From contig PRDH01000047.1 of assembly GCA_003345545.1 (NCBI GenBank), positions 8,748 through 72,747 on the forward strand: DNA of 64,000 bases, read 5' to 3'. The notes below the pieces were generated by a model that worked only from the letters and a program-made list of their open reading frames with translations, was not told the origin of the DNA and did not search any database. Shown in pieces: positions 1-10,296 of the stretch. Source of the DNA: Candidatus Thorarchaeota archaeon. GTDB taxonomy: Archaea; Asgardarchaeota; Thorarchaeia; Thorarchaeales; Thorarchaeaceae. The position numbers and the translations under genes are program-made. Positions within the stretch are counted from its first letter, which is position 1, and every line of letters starts with the position of its first letter.

Positions 1-1
1 T

Positions 2-1648
2 GTAACCGCAGGTCCTGGCGCAGAGCATGCATGGATGGGGTGCCTGAACTTCTCGTGGTGGGATATGCGGAGAAACGTGCCGAGATACAAGCAAGCAGGA
101 CGAGGTGGAATAGGCACTGTCTTCCGAAATAAGAGAATCAAGGCAATTGCTGTCAAGCTAGAAAAAATCACACTCGAAATGAACAATCCTGCAGACCCAG
201 ACGGGATCAAGACCATTGGCCGTGAACACTCTGGCGAGATTCTGGAATTGGATGGCAAACAGAACAGAATGAGAACCATCGGGACAGGGCACCTTCCCTC
301 AATCATGGATGAGTTCGACTTGCTCCCAACCCGAAATTTCAGGACAGGTGGGGATCCAGCTGCAAAGGCGTTATTCGGGACAGAGTGGGAGAAGATCTTT
401 ACTAATACGGGGAAAGGCTGGGATGGCTGTTGGAGACCCTGCGCTATCAACTGCAGTCACTGCATAGAAGGCTTCGTGCCAAAGACAGGCCCCTTCAAAG
501 GGAAACAGGTGGTTGTCGACGGGCCAGAGTATGAAACAATTGCAGGATGCGGGTCAAACATAGGTGTCTTCGACCCGTATTGGATTGCGGAGCTGAACTT
601 CTACTGCGATGCCTACGGTATCGATACCATCTCCTTCGGTACCACTATGGCATTTGTTATGGAGCTCTTCGAGGGAGGCTTCATCGATGAGAAAGCCACT
701 GGAGATCACAAGCTCAAGTGGGGTGCTGCTGATGAGGCACTCTCAGTTCTTCATGAGATTGCCGATGGCAAGGGATTCGGTGGGCAGCATCTTGGAAAAG
801 GCATTCACTACCTAAAGGGCTATTTCGGTGACAAGCATGGTGTCGACCATGATCTGATGCAGGACATCGGCATGGAGCACAAAGGTCTGGAGTACTCGGA
901 GTACGTCACCAAGGAGAGCCTTGCACAGCAGGGAGGTTACGGCCTCACACTAAAGGGCCCACAACACGACGAGGCATGGCTCATCTTCATGGATATGGTT
1001 CACAAGTACATGCCTACATTTGACCAGAAAGCTGAGGCATTGTACTACTTCCCAATGTGGCGTACTTGGTTCGGACTCAACGGGCTGTGCAAACTGCCGT
1101 GGAATGATGTTGTCCCTGCTGACAACAAACAGACATCTGAGCCGGCAAAGGTACCAAAACACGTGGAGTTCTATGTTAAATTCTACTCGGCAATGAGTGG
1201 CAAGAAGGTCGGGGGCGATGACCTTATTGTAATGAGCGAGAAAGTGTACAACTTCCAGAGAGTCTTCAACATCAGACAAGGTAAGGGTCTTCGAATCAAC
1301 GACTCCTTCATTCCGTATAGAAGCGCAGGGCCGGTCACTGACTGGGAATACGAGTCGAGAGCAGACCGTTATGATGGTCAGTTGAAGGAGCTTGGCATCG
1401 ACATCTCAGGCATGAGCACGACTGAAAAGAACAAGAAACTCCGTGAGTACAGGGAGGAACGTTACAGGCTTCTCACAGATGCAGCCTACAAGAGGCGGGG
1501 TTGGACGCGGAATGGCGTTCCGACCATGGAGAAGATCAAGAAGCTTGGACTGGATTGGATCCCTGACGTCGTCGATATTGTGAAGAAGCATGGAAGAACT
1601 GCTCCTCCCAGAAACACGCTCCCGGCTTCTGATGAAGCATGGAAGTAG
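2..1648 (+). CDS. Aldehyde ferredoxin oxidoreductase family protein (tungsten AOR), 5'-truncated by window edge
   Basis: Frame is open from position 2 (VTAGPGAEHAWMG). AOR motifs AGRGGIGTVF, DGPEYET, CDAYGIDTIS, GCWRPCAINC and C-terminal YKRRGW..NGVPT. Confidence 0.9.
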   Translation, partial: VTAGPGAEHAWMGCLNFSWWDMRRNVPRYKQAGRGGIGTVFRNKRIKAIAVKLEKITLEMNNPADPDGIKTIGREHSGEILELDGKQNRMRTIGTGHLPSIMDEFDLLPTRNFRTGGDPAAKALFGTEWEKIFTNTGKGWDGCWRPCAINCSHCIEGFVPKTGPFKGKQVVVDGPEYETIAGCGSNIGVFDPYWIAELNFYCDAYGIDTISFGTTMAFVMELFEGGFIDEKATGDHKLKWGAADEALSVLHEIADGKGFGGQHLGKGIHYLKGYFGDKHGVDHDLMQDIGMEHKGLEYSEYVTKESLAQQGGYGLTLKGPQHDEAWLIFMDMVHKYMPTFDQKAEALYYFPMWRTWFGLNGLCKLPWNDVVPADNKQTSEPAKVPKHVEFYVKFYSAMSGKKVGGDDLIVMSEKVYNFQRVFNIRQGKGLRINDSFIPYRSAGPVTDWEYESRADRYDGQLKELGIDISGMSTTEKNKKLREYREERYRLLTDAAYKRRGWTRNGVPTMEKIKKLGLDWIPDVVDIVKKHGRTAPPRNTLPASDEAWK

Positions 1649-1951
1649 AAGATGATTGTTCCGCTGAGCAATCTTCAGGAAGAAGCAGGAGAGATCCTCA
1701 TGTGCCGAATCCTTTTCCTACTTCAGGAATATCAAGGGGCGTCGAAGTCTTTACAGTGATTCGTGCTATTCTTCTCAAACGTACCTCTAAAGACAGTGCA
1801 TATTGACTCGACTTCTTTGAGGCATCGGTCAAGGACATAGTGGCCACTAGTCCTTGCCCAAGAATGTCATACTTGTGACTGTGATATTCTGGAGGGATTG
1901 ATGCATTGGAGTGCCAAATGTTCTCTCAAATGTAAATGCAGAGAATAGAAG

Positions 1952-3217
1952 TTGCAGACCGTTATCGAGAGAGACCGGGATGTGAGTAGAGCTGAATCCA
2001 AAAGTAGAAGCTTTTTCTGCTTCTATGATATTGTTCTAAAGCAGAGTCACCCGAAATGTGACAGGAGTGGAGCTCCTATCCTCCAAGATTACGTAGCAGC
2101 GTCTGTCGGCATAATAGGGCTCACATTCACCATATTAGTATGCTGTGTACTACTTCGTGAAGTGGCTCCAAAAAAGCAGAAAGAAGACTCACTAGAAGTC
2201 GAATGGGGTGATAGGCATTCACTGCCTCCGTATCTGCAGAAAGAGATTGAGAGGACTGCAAGCCCAACAGGTGGCTTAATGGATCTCCCGGCATGGCGGC
2301 CCGTTGATCAGTGGAGGACGCGCTCAACAGAAACCCTCACGCCCGAGAAACGACCAATACCTGGTGTTGCTCGTTCGCTAGCGGCCTATGGTTCATATTC
2401 ACGGGATGAACAGCAGTCTGTGAAGGCGGTACGTGGAGGGGAATTCGTTGGCAACCGGATGCGATTCAAGGTCAAGGTGTTGAATGAATCCAAGTACACA
2501 ATAACGGATGTGAGAGTCTTTCTCATCTCATACCCATCAGAATCGCTAAGACTAGTTGATGAGGATGACCACGCATATTACTCAAAGATCGAACCGAGCG
2601 GTTTTCGAAGTCCCTCGTTCGATTTTTTGCCCACCCACGACTGTGTTAAAGGAGAAATCAGTGCAGGAGTGTCGTACGTTGACATGAAGGGGCAGCCTCA
2701 CACATTGACCACCAAACCGTTCGTCATTCGCTCAGTCTGCGACCTACTCATACCAGATCAGATAGATCCGAAGGAGTTCGCACTCAGGCTCAAGCAACTC
2801 GAGTGCGGTGAGATTGTCGTAAAGGTCACTGATTGGACACCTGAAGAGATGTATGAGAAGGCATTGCATATCGTTGAAGATGCGAACTTCTTTGAGGTGA
2901 TCAGCAATATTGAAACGAAAGATGGCATCATTCATGCGAGAATCAGCGGACTTGCTAAAGGGAAATTCACAGGCAAGAGCGTTGCAGCGGAGTTGCATAT
3001 CAAAGGGCCCTCGGGCAAGAAGGGAGCCAGCTGTAAGGTAAAGGTCTCAGGTGAAGACCAAGCAATGATCTTGCCTGCAATAGATGATCTACGGGAGCGC
3101 CTGAACGCTTGGTTATGTCCCATGTGTTCAAGTCCGTTGACGCTCGAGAACGTGGAACAACTCAAGGATGGGAAAACGGTAGTCTGTCAGTTCTGCAGGG
3201 TCTCAATTGGACGCTAG
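1952..3217 (+). CDS. Membrane-anchored protein with adaptin/COP appendage-like (Ig sandwich + platform) region and C-terminal Zn ribbon
   Basis: N-terminal TM (VGIIGLTFTILVCCVLL), low-complexity linker, beta-rich RFKVKVLN..ITDVRV region, LLIPDQIDPKEF..RLKQL junction, terminal CPMC..CQFC. True start uncertain. Confidence 0.55.
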   Translation: MQTVIERDRDVSRAESKSRSFFCFYDIVLKQSHPKCDRSGAPILQDYVAASVGIIGLTFTILVCCVLLREVAPKKQKEDSLEVEWGDRHSLPPYLQKEIERTASPTGGLMDLPAWRPVDQWRTRSTETLTPEKRPIPGVARSLAAYGSYSRDEQQSVKAVRGGEFVGNRMRFKVKVLNESKYTITDVRVFLISYPSESLRLVDEDDHAYYSKIEPSGFRSPSFDFLPTHDCVKGEISAGVSYVDMKGQPHTLTTKPFVIRSVCDLLIPDQIDPKEFALRLKQLECGEIVVKVTDWTPEEMYEKALHIVEDANFFEVISNIETKDGIIHARISGLAKGKFTGKSVAAELHIKGPSGKKGASCKVKVSGEDQAMILPAIDDLRERLNAWLCPMCSSPLTLENVEQLKDGKTVVCQFCRVSIGR

Positions 3218-3317
3218 AAGTATTGGCAAGCTCATAGAATAGCAGAAACTACATATGAGTGCTGGAGTTGATCCAGTGATTTGTCTTTTCGTGCCCGAGA
3301 ACGGCATCCCCGAATAC

Positions 3318-4148
3318 CTAGTGCATAGACTCAGCTTCTCTGAGGCATTGGTGAAGGACATAGTAGCCGCTAGTTGTAGCCCATCTAAAGTCGTCAGAAC
3401 TTGTGAAGCCTGAGAGAAATAGGTTCCACCCAGCCATGTAGAAGTCTTGGTAGCGGCGGGCAATCTCATTGTAGCCTTGCGCACATAGCTCCTGTGCAAT
3501 ATGAGTCCGATTCCAAGACCAGACATCTAGTGGGTCGTCTGCAGTTTGTGTGAGCAGTCGAACCGGACCAGGGGATACTCTCCAAGTCATTTCACGGATG
3601 ATTGCCCAGAAATCCAATCCAGACCTGTCCGCCACCCTAGATGGTATCTTGGCCACAAATTCTGAAAGAGAGAGAAGATTCTCTAGATCGATACTTCGTA
3701 TCCTATCAGTCGATGGGAATACAGGTTCAGAGAGCCGACCAATCAGGACTCTTACATCACGCTTGCGAGGTGGAACATATTCCAGATCCTCAATCAACTT
3801 GTCGACCAAACTAAGCTGGCTTCGAGGGATGTGAAGATGGTCAGGTTTCAGCTCTGTGAATCTGTCTTCGTAATGTTTGGACAGGCACATGGAATCTTGA
3901 AAAGGATCCTCCGAGTACGGGAACAGATCTGCTTCACCATCGAGCTTGATGTGGATATCGACGTCACTAATTGTTGGCACGTAGTCAATAGGGGATTCCC
4001 ATGGTTTCACCGCGGAACCCTTCGCATACGCGCACTTCACGTGGTCACCTAGTGTTTCGACCAATACGGATACCCAAGAATCGAGACATACCTTGATGTC
4101 ATCCCTTGCCTTCTCTGCTAACGTATCCCAGTCAAACACGGATACCAA
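3318..4148 (-). CDS. Hypothetical protein with nucleotidyltransferase (Pol-beta superfamily)-like motif
   Basis: AYAKGS...SDVDIHI (GS + DxD). Start uncertain; ORF is open to 4235. Confidence 0.5.
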   Translation of the reverse strand: MVSVFDWDTLAEKARDDIKVCLDSWVSVLVETLGDHVKCAYAKGSAVKPWESPIDYVPTISDVDIHIKLDGEADLFPYSEDPFQDSMCLSKHYEDRFTELKPDHLHIPRSQLSLVDKLIEDLEYVPPRKRDVRVLIGRLSEPVFPSTDRIRSIDLENLLSLSEFVAKIPSRVADRSGLDFWAIIREMTWRVSPGPVRLLTQTADDPLDVWSWNRTHIAQELCAQGYNEIARRYQDFYMAGWNLFLSGFTSSDDFRWATTSGYYVLHQCLREAESMH

Positions 4149-4290
4149 AACTCCCAGATTGAAGAAAACCGTTCCGGTCGCTTTTTGTGGATTTTGGTCA
4201 TGCACCACAAGAACAATTAGGGGGCTATCTGCCAATTGAGAGAACTTCCAGCATAGTCCGCTGACTATAGACCGTGTGATGATGCGCTAG

Positions 4291-5739
4291 ATGACACCGA
4301 CTGCTATCTTCCGTGAACCAGCTACTGCAAAGACACCCGGTCCGTACAGAGTAGTAGGTGCAACAAGCTTCGGGGTCTTCCTCGGCGCGCTAGACGCTTC
4401 CATTGTCAATGTATCGCTTGTGACCATGATGGATAGCTTCGGAACAACAATTGACGCAATTCAGTGGGTCGTCGTCGCGTATCTCTTGGCCTTAACATCC
4501 ACGATGCCTCTCATGGGCAAATTTGGAGACCGCTATGGAAAGAAGAGAATCTTCCAAATGGGCATGCTCGTGTTTACATTGGGATCGTTTGGTTGTGCCA
4601 TATCTATCGGACTAGCGATGCTTGTCATAGCTCGCATTTTTCAGGCACTTGGCGCAGCAATGATTACCGCAAACGGACTGGCACTAGTAACATATTTCAC
4701 CACACCTCAAAATAGAGGCAGAGCAATTGGACTCAACTCAGTTGTTCTCGCTGCAGCCCTCGGTAGCGGACCAGTTCTTGGCGGAATTCTAACACAGCTG
4801 TTTGGCTGGCCAAGCATATTCTTGGTGAATGTTCCAGTAGGAATCATGGGGCTCTTCATAGTTCAAGTAGCAGTTCCTCGGACCGAGAAGGTCCAAGAAA
4901 CTCGCTTTGATGTGATTGGCGCAGGGCTATTCTTCAGTTTCCTGTTCTTGGTCATCTACTACGTCACGGTAGCCACTACATCACAGGTAGCCACTCGCTT
5001 CGTCCTTATCGCTGGAGCACTCATCACCTTTGTCGGATTCATAATCAGAGAAAAGACCTTTGAGTCACCAGTAATCTCGATAGATGTCCTCACAGACAAG
5101 AGAATCTCAGTCAGCATCTTCTCTGCTCTCCTAGCTTACATGTCGATGGTCCCTGTTTCATTCTTGCTTCCGTTCTATCTTCAAGAGGCATTGGGTTTCA
5201 GCCAAATAATCACTGGCGTCTTTCTTGTCATCCAGCCCATTATGATCTCAGTCACAGGGCCGTTTGCTGGTCTTGTATCAGAGAGGGTCAATGCTCAGGT
5301 CCAGACAACTGTCGGGCTCATTGTTCAGTTGAGCGGGCTTGTGATTCTCGCGCTGACGATTCCGAATGTTTTTGGGATGGGCGTCGGAGTGGCAATCATG
5401 GGGACAGGCCTCTCATTCTTCAGTGTGGCAAATGGAAACTTCATCATGACGTCAGCACCAAAGAAGTACATGGGTGTCGTTAGCGCACTCACAAACTTGG
5501 CAAGAACGACGGGCTTTTCGATTGCCACTGCACTAGTCACAACCGTCTTCGGAGTCTTTTTCCTGACCTACAACCCATGGGGATTCGAGTCAGGTCCACT
5601 CTTTGTGGCAGGCTACAGTCGAGCCCTCCAATCCAGTATCTGGATCTTCTCTGCGCTGACATTGATTGCAGCAGTCATCTCAACGATTAGGGGATTGAAC
5701 AAGGCCGAAGAGGAGCGGGTCGAAACAAGAGCCGTCTAG
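4291..5739 (+). CDS. MFS transporter, DHA2 (EmrB/QacA-like, 14 TM)
   Basis: LDASIVNVSL, GKFGDRYGKKR motif A, GPVLGG motif C, WPSIFLVNVP. Confidence 0.9.
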   Translation: MTPTAIFREPATAKTPGPYRVVGATSFGVFLGALDASIVNVSLVTMMDSFGTTIDAIQWVVVAYLLALTSTMPLMGKFGDRYGKKRIFQMGMLVFTLGSFGCAISIGLAMLVIARIFQALGAAMITANGLALVTYFTTPQNRGRAIGLNSVVLAAALGSGPVLGGILTQLFGWPSIFLVNVPVGIMGLFIVQVAVPRTEKVQETRFDVIGAGLFFSFLFLVIYYVTVATTSQVATRFVLIAGALITFVGFIIREKTFESPVISIDVLTDKRISVSIFSALLAYMSMVPVSFLLPFYLQEALGFSQIITGVFLVIQPIMISVTGPFAGLVSERVNAQVQTTVGLIVQLSGLVILALTIPNVFGMGVGVAIMGTGLSFFSVANGNFIMTSAPKKYMGVVSALTNLARTTGFSIATALVTTVFGVFFLTYNPWGFESGPLFVAGYSRALQSSIWIFSALTLIAAVISTIRGLNKAEEERVETRAV

Positions 5740-5750
5740 ATCGTACTCCT

Positions 5751-7094
5751 TCAGAGCCCAAACTCATCTGCAATGAACAGGACTCTTCTGCGAAAGTCGG
5801 GATGGTCTGAGTTCAGCATATTGACGCCAACCTCACTGTCAAATAGCATTTTCTTCGGCTGAGCCCGCAGCAACTTCAGTAGTTCTGCCAACTCCTCTGA
5901 AGAGAGGCGTCGGTCTTGGTCGTAATCGACCTTCCTCCAGTCAACAACATTCATGTCCCTTGTTGTTTTTGATACAGGTTTGGTGTCATTTCGAATCTTG
6001 AGGAGGGGCTGAATAGTGGGCTCCACAGCATCTTTGACCTGCTCATCACTCAGCTGAACACCATACACCTCTCTCAAATGCCTGAGCTTGGTCGATAGGA
6101 AAACCCATGGCGAAATCTCGCGAGCATTTCGCTCGTCGATACCATCCAGAGGGTACTGACTAATCATCCTCATGAGCTCAGCATTGGATATCGGGCCAAC
6201 TCTCTCAGGATTGAGAGACTCAAGCCAGCGAATTTCATCAACAAGAACAGTTATAGCTTCAACGCGTTGTCCTAGTCGTATCAGAGAGTTGATGGTAGCC
6301 TCATGACCAAGCACTGTGGCGGCATGATGGTCAGACATAAGCTCTGCAGCTCTTGATGCTCTCTGCATGAAGTAGTTCGAGAGCAGGGTAAGTATTCTAG
6401 AGAGAATGAAGAATGCTAGTAGTACGACTGCCCTGACTGCCGTGGAAAACAGGTCACCATCAACTAGGAGAGAATCCGCGATAGCCAAGACAAGCCGGAC
6501 ATAGATATACAGGTAGATGAGGTCAATGAAAATGGAAGGCATTCGCACAAAGATCGTGACAATCGAGTCCCGATTCTTTATGTGACCGAGCTCATGAGCT
6601 ATTACAGCTTGCATCTCTTCTTCATTCAAAATCTCCAGAGTATTGCTGTGAACAACCACAGTGGAGCCCAGAAGAGGAAGACTGAATGTGTAAGCATTTG
6701 GAATAGGCGACGCCATTAGATAGACCTTATCGACTGAAACCTCGCTCTTCTTCGCCAAATCGAGCGTCCACTTGACTATGCTATCGCGGCTGTACTTGCG
6801 CCTCCAGGGAACCTCCTTGTTGAATCGTGGATAGAGCTCTATCAAATTGGAGCTTCGCATCATCTGAGCAACAGAGGAATACAGTAGTACAAGCTGCATT
6901 AGTGCAATGCTGAAGAACAATGCTGCCGAAGCAAGGGGGTTTGTTCGGGCGAAGTTAATGCCTACGACGAAGAGTGTATCATCATCAAGGTAAAGCAAAG
7001 ATACAATGAGTATTTGTATGAAGTCCATAATCAGGAAAGCATAGATAGCATTCCACTTATCACGCGAGACTTCTTCAATCATGGACAACACCAA
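5751..7094 (-). CDS. M48 family (HtpX-like) membrane zinc metalloprotease
   Basis: PNAYT, AVIAHELGHIKNRD, SRAAELMSD, C-terminal HP..RR, TM segments. Confidence 0.85.
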   Translation of the reverse strand: MVLSMIEEVSRDKWNAIYAFLIMDFIQILIVSLLYLDDDTLFVVGINFARTNPLASAALFFSIALMQLVLLYSSVAQMMRSSNLIELYPRFNKEVPWRRKYSRDSIVKWTLDLAKKSEVSVDKVYLMASPIPNAYTFSLPLLGSTVVVHSNTLEILNEEEMQAVIAHELGHIKNRDSIVTIFVRMPSIFIDLIYLYIYVRLVLAIADSLLVDGDLFSTAVRAVVLLAFFILSRILTLLSNYFMQRASRAAELMSDHHAATVLGHEATINSLIRLGQRVEAITVLVDEIRWLESLNPERVGPISNAELMRMISQYPLDGIDERNAREISPWVFLSTKLRHLREVYGVQLSDEQVKDAVEPTIQPLLKIRNDTKPVSKTTRDMNVVDWRKVDYDQDRRLSSEELAELLKLLRAQPKKMLFDSEVGVNMLNSDHPDFRRRVLFIADEFGL

Positions 7095-7203
7095 AATTCA
7101 TCAGCATCGCACTGACAACTCTCGGAACCAGATTATTTGAATTCTGCGGTGGGTCCCATAGTCTTTATCATCAGGCGTAACTAGTGGAAGTTTGGCGTCT
7201 ACA

Positions 7204-8634
7204 ATGAGAGATGGGATGGATTTAGCGGAATACTGTATCGAGTTCGGACAAGGCCTCGGATGCAGCTATGTTGAAGCCAGATATGTCAGAGATCTGGCAC
7301 GAGGGATGGCATTCAGGAACGGAGAACCAGTGTCAGGAGGTTACTCCCCCTCCTCTGGTATTGGAGTGCGCGTCCTTGTGAACGGAAACATGGGCTTTGC
7401 ATCATTTGACAGATTCGAGAAGAGCCTAGCAGAGGAGTCTATCACAACTGCCTTCAGAATCGCAAAGAATGCCAAGAGGAAGATACCTATTGATCTTGGA
7501 AAGCCGATCTCCAACAAAGCAAAATGGAAGATGAAGGCAAAAGAACCACTCACTGATGTTGATTCGGATACAATGATGCAGTTCACTACTGATACGAACA
7601 AACAGATGGAGGGGCTTGCAGCCTACGTATTCATGTTCAACCCCAAGGTGATTGACAAGTATTTTGTTACAAATGAAGGCGCTCAGATCGAGAGCCAATT
7701 ATCCTACATCCTCATGTCCTCGACCCTAACCGCTCAGGCGCCAGGAGGTTCAGAGCAGAAATATCTTGACCTGACACTTGCCGGAGGATGGGAACGAATC
7801 CGAGAGTCTGATTGTCTTGAGCATCTCAAGGACGAGGTTGCGCGGTTGAGGAGGGCGGCTGAAACAGCTGTTAGGGTTGATGAGCTATTGAGCCAGCCGA
7901 TTGACATGATTGTTGGGCCTCAGGTATCAGGCATCATGGCACATGAGAATGTCGGTCATCCAAGCGAGGGGGATCGTATCATGGGCAGAGAGGGAGCGCA
8001 GGCAGGAGAGAGCTTCTGGAGGGACCTCAAAATTGGGGAATCGCGCGTGGGGTCTAGTGCGGTGAATGTCTGCGAGAATCCGACAATCGAGAAGACATCC
8101 GGCTACTACCTCTATGATGATGAGGGAGTGAAGTCGCGAAAGCGGCAACTCATCAAAAAGGGAATAATCAATGAACCACTCTTGAATAGAGAATTTGGTA
8201 CGAGATTCGGAAGAGGCTCAAACGCAGCGGCACGTGCTTCAGCGTACAATAGAGAGCCAATAATCCGGATGGCGAACACCTATTTCGAACCAGGCGATTA
8301 CTCCTTCGAAGAGCTCGTTGAGGACGTCAAGTTGGGAGTCTATATGAGAAGTTTCCAAGAGTGGAATATCGACGACAGACGATACCAAGCCAAGTATACA
8401 GGCTCCGAAGCCTATCTTATCAGAAATGGTGAGATAACGAACACGATGGTCAAGAGGCCTATCATGGAAACAACGAGCGTTGGAATGTTGAGTGCAGTTG
8501 ATGCAGTCTCAAAGAATCTAGTCTTTGATTTCCCAGGAACATGCGGAAAGAGCGACCCCATGCAAGGAATTCCTGTCTATGCGGGAGGCGGAGAGATTAG
8601 ATTCAGAGGCATCAGACTTGGAGGTGTTGGCTGA
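7204..8634 (+). CDS. tldD: TldD family metalloprotease
   Basis: GIGVRV, HENVGHPSEGDR (HExxxH), YDDEGV, PIIRMANT, GTCGK. Confidence 0.9.
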   Translation: MRDGMDLAEYCIEFGQGLGCSYVEARYVRDLARGMAFRNGEPVSGGYSPSSGIGVRVLVNGNMGFASFDRFEKSLAEESITTAFRIAKNAKRKIPIDLGKPISNKAKWKMKAKEPLTDVDSDTMMQFTTDTNKQMEGLAAYVFMFNPKVIDKYFVTNEGAQIESQLSYILMSSTLTAQAPGGSEQKYLDLTLAGGWERIRESDCLEHLKDEVARLRRAAETAVRVDELLSQPIDMIVGPQVSGIMAHENVGHPSEGDRIMGREGAQAGESFWRDLKIGESRVGSSAVNVCENPTIEKTSGYYLYDDEGVKSRKRQLIKKGIINEPLLNREFGTRFGRGSNAAARASAYNREPIIRMANTYFEPGDYSFEELVEDVKLGVYMRSFQEWNIDDRRYQAKYTGSEAYLIRNGEITNTMVKRPIMETTSVGMLSAVDAVSKNLVFDFPGTCGKSDPMQGIPVYAGGGEIRFRGIRLGGVG

Positions 8635-10013
8635 TGAAGAACACCGACCAACTGAAGACATTCGTTGACGAAGCTGTCGACTATGGTGCACGAAAGACTG
8701 ACGCAATCATAGCACGCGTCACTAGGAAGAAGGACTCACAGATCCGATTCTCGCAGAGTGATATAGACATCAGCAATCGATGGAACAGCTTGCAGCTGGA
8801 GCTTTTCGTTTTGGTGAAGGGTAAGAAGACAGGTTCCACAGAGCGCCCCGTGGCTTCGATTGACGATGTCAGAAAGACTGTCGATGATGCAGTCACCTTC
8901 ACAGGAATTCTGCCCGATTCAATGTTCTTTGCAGGACTAGAAGATAAGATAGGGTCTTATCCTAGATTGAAGGAGCAGTATGACAGTCGAATCGACGAAT
9001 TTGTTGAAGAAGCCCCAGAAATCGTCAACTCTGTTGTGGACCAGGCCCTACAAGAGGGCGCGAAAAGAGTGGCAGGTGCCCTCATGGTCACAGACCAGAC
9101 ATTCCTCTTTCGGTCGAGTCATGGACCAGAAGGCTCAGGCAAAAGGACTACTTTCGACCTCAATGTCAGAGCGCTCCAGGATGAGCTGGACTACTCCGGA
9201 CAGGGACTGGAGTGCGGAACCATGCCCACGAAATCGAAGAAGAAGATGCTCGCTGCAGGTGCTAAAGCGGGAAGACTATCGAAGCAGGCCATTGGAGCGG
9301 CGCAAGGCACTCCAGGCAAATACGACCTCGTACTGTCGCCAACTGTGGCAGCCAGTGTAATCGGCCTAATTCCAGCTCAAGCGAATCCGTTTCTGATCAT
9401 GACGGGTATGTCACCACTGAAAGACCGCATGGGTGAGCAGATTGCACCCGAGTTCGTTACTGCCTATGAGGACCCCTTGTTCGAGGGAGGTCTTGGAAGT
9501 ACTCCATTCGACTGGGAAGGCACTCCGAGCAAGACACTGGCTATCACCGATAGAGGAGTACTCAAGGCATTGGTTCACAACACAACAACAGCGAAACTCT
9601 TTGAGTCTGAGAGCACTGGGAGCTCAAGAATGGTAGTTCTAGGAATGGGAATGAAGATGCTTCTTCCGGGGCCGTCAAACGTCGTATTCGAGAACGGAGA
9701 CCATAACCTAGAAGAGATTCTTGATGTCAGTAGACCAACAATCTATGTGACATGCAACTGGTACTCACGATTCCAGAACCATCAGACAGGCGACTTCTCA
9801 ACTATTCCGAGAGATGCCATGTTCCTCGTCAAGAGGGGCGAGATGAAGCCCATCAAGAACATGCGTATTAGTGACAACACAATGAGGATGTTGGCAAATA
9901 TCGATGCTCTCGGTAGCGACCGTACACAGGTCTTCTGGTGGGAGGTTCAGACGCCAACGGTCATACCTACAATGAGGATTCGTGACTGCAAAATGACAGC
10001 AGCAACACAATAG
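8634..10013 (+). CDS. pmbA: TldE/PmbA family protein
   Basis: TGATG overlap with tldD; QIRFSQ, PFDWEG, GDFST; lacks HExxxH as expected for the non-catalytic partner. Confidence 0.85.
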   Translation: MKNTDQLKTFVDEAVDYGARKTDAIIARVTRKKDSQIRFSQSDIDISNRWNSLQLELFVLVKGKKTGSTERPVASIDDVRKTVDDAVTFTGILPDSMFFAGLEDKIGSYPRLKEQYDSRIDEFVEEAPEIVNSVVDQALQEGAKRVAGALMVTDQTFLFRSSHGPEGSGKRTTFDLNVRALQDELDYSGQGLECGTMPTKSKKKMLAAGAKAGRLSKQAIGAAQGTPGKYDLVLSPTVAASVIGLIPAQANPFLIMTGMSPLKDRMGEQIAPEFVTAYEDPLFEGGLGSTPFDWEGTPSKTLAITDRGVLKALVHNTTTAKLFESESTGSSRMVVLGMGMKMLLPGPSNVVFENGDHNLEEILDVSRPTIYVTCNWYSRFQNHQTGDFSTIPRDAMFLVKRGEMKPIKNMRISDNTMRMLANIDALGSDRTQVFWWEVQTPTVIPTMRIRDCKMTAATQ

Positions 10014-10032
10014 ATCGCAATCAGATGTTGTG

Positions 10033-10053
10033 GCGGAGCCTCCGTGGCTCCGC
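10033..10053 (+). terminator. Stem-loop after pmbA
   Basis: GCGGAGCC-tccgt-GGCTCCGC perfect 8-bp stem 20 nt after the stop. Confidence 0.45.
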
Positions 10054-10238
10054 TCCTGTATTCAAGAGCAGTTTCGAAGCAGTTTGCCCTGTTCGATGTG
10101 TTTCGCATGATTTGATAGAATCTCCGAACATCGAGTCTGAGAGACACAAGCAGCAAGAAATCCTACAGTTTCTTCAGCTTACTTTTGATAATGGGATATA
10201 GAAACAGCTTCTGGCACTTCACTGGTTGTCGATTAAGA

Positions 10239-10247
10239 TTTATTAGC
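10239..10247 (+). promoter_or_regulatory. TATA-like box (TTTATTAGC)
   Basis: About 50 nt upstream of the 10297 ATG; the same 9-mer lies at 44194-44202 upstream of the 44232 ATG. Confidence 0.35.
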
Positions 10248-10296
10248 CAGTTCGCCCTCATGTGACATGATTCGCATATGGTATCGGTGATGACTA

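Noticed and set aside
7192-10013. TldD/E as part of a RiPP (microcin-like) cluster
   Set aside because: No precursor peptide, YcaO or radical SAM gene nearby; TldD/E pairs are common housekeeping genes in archaea.
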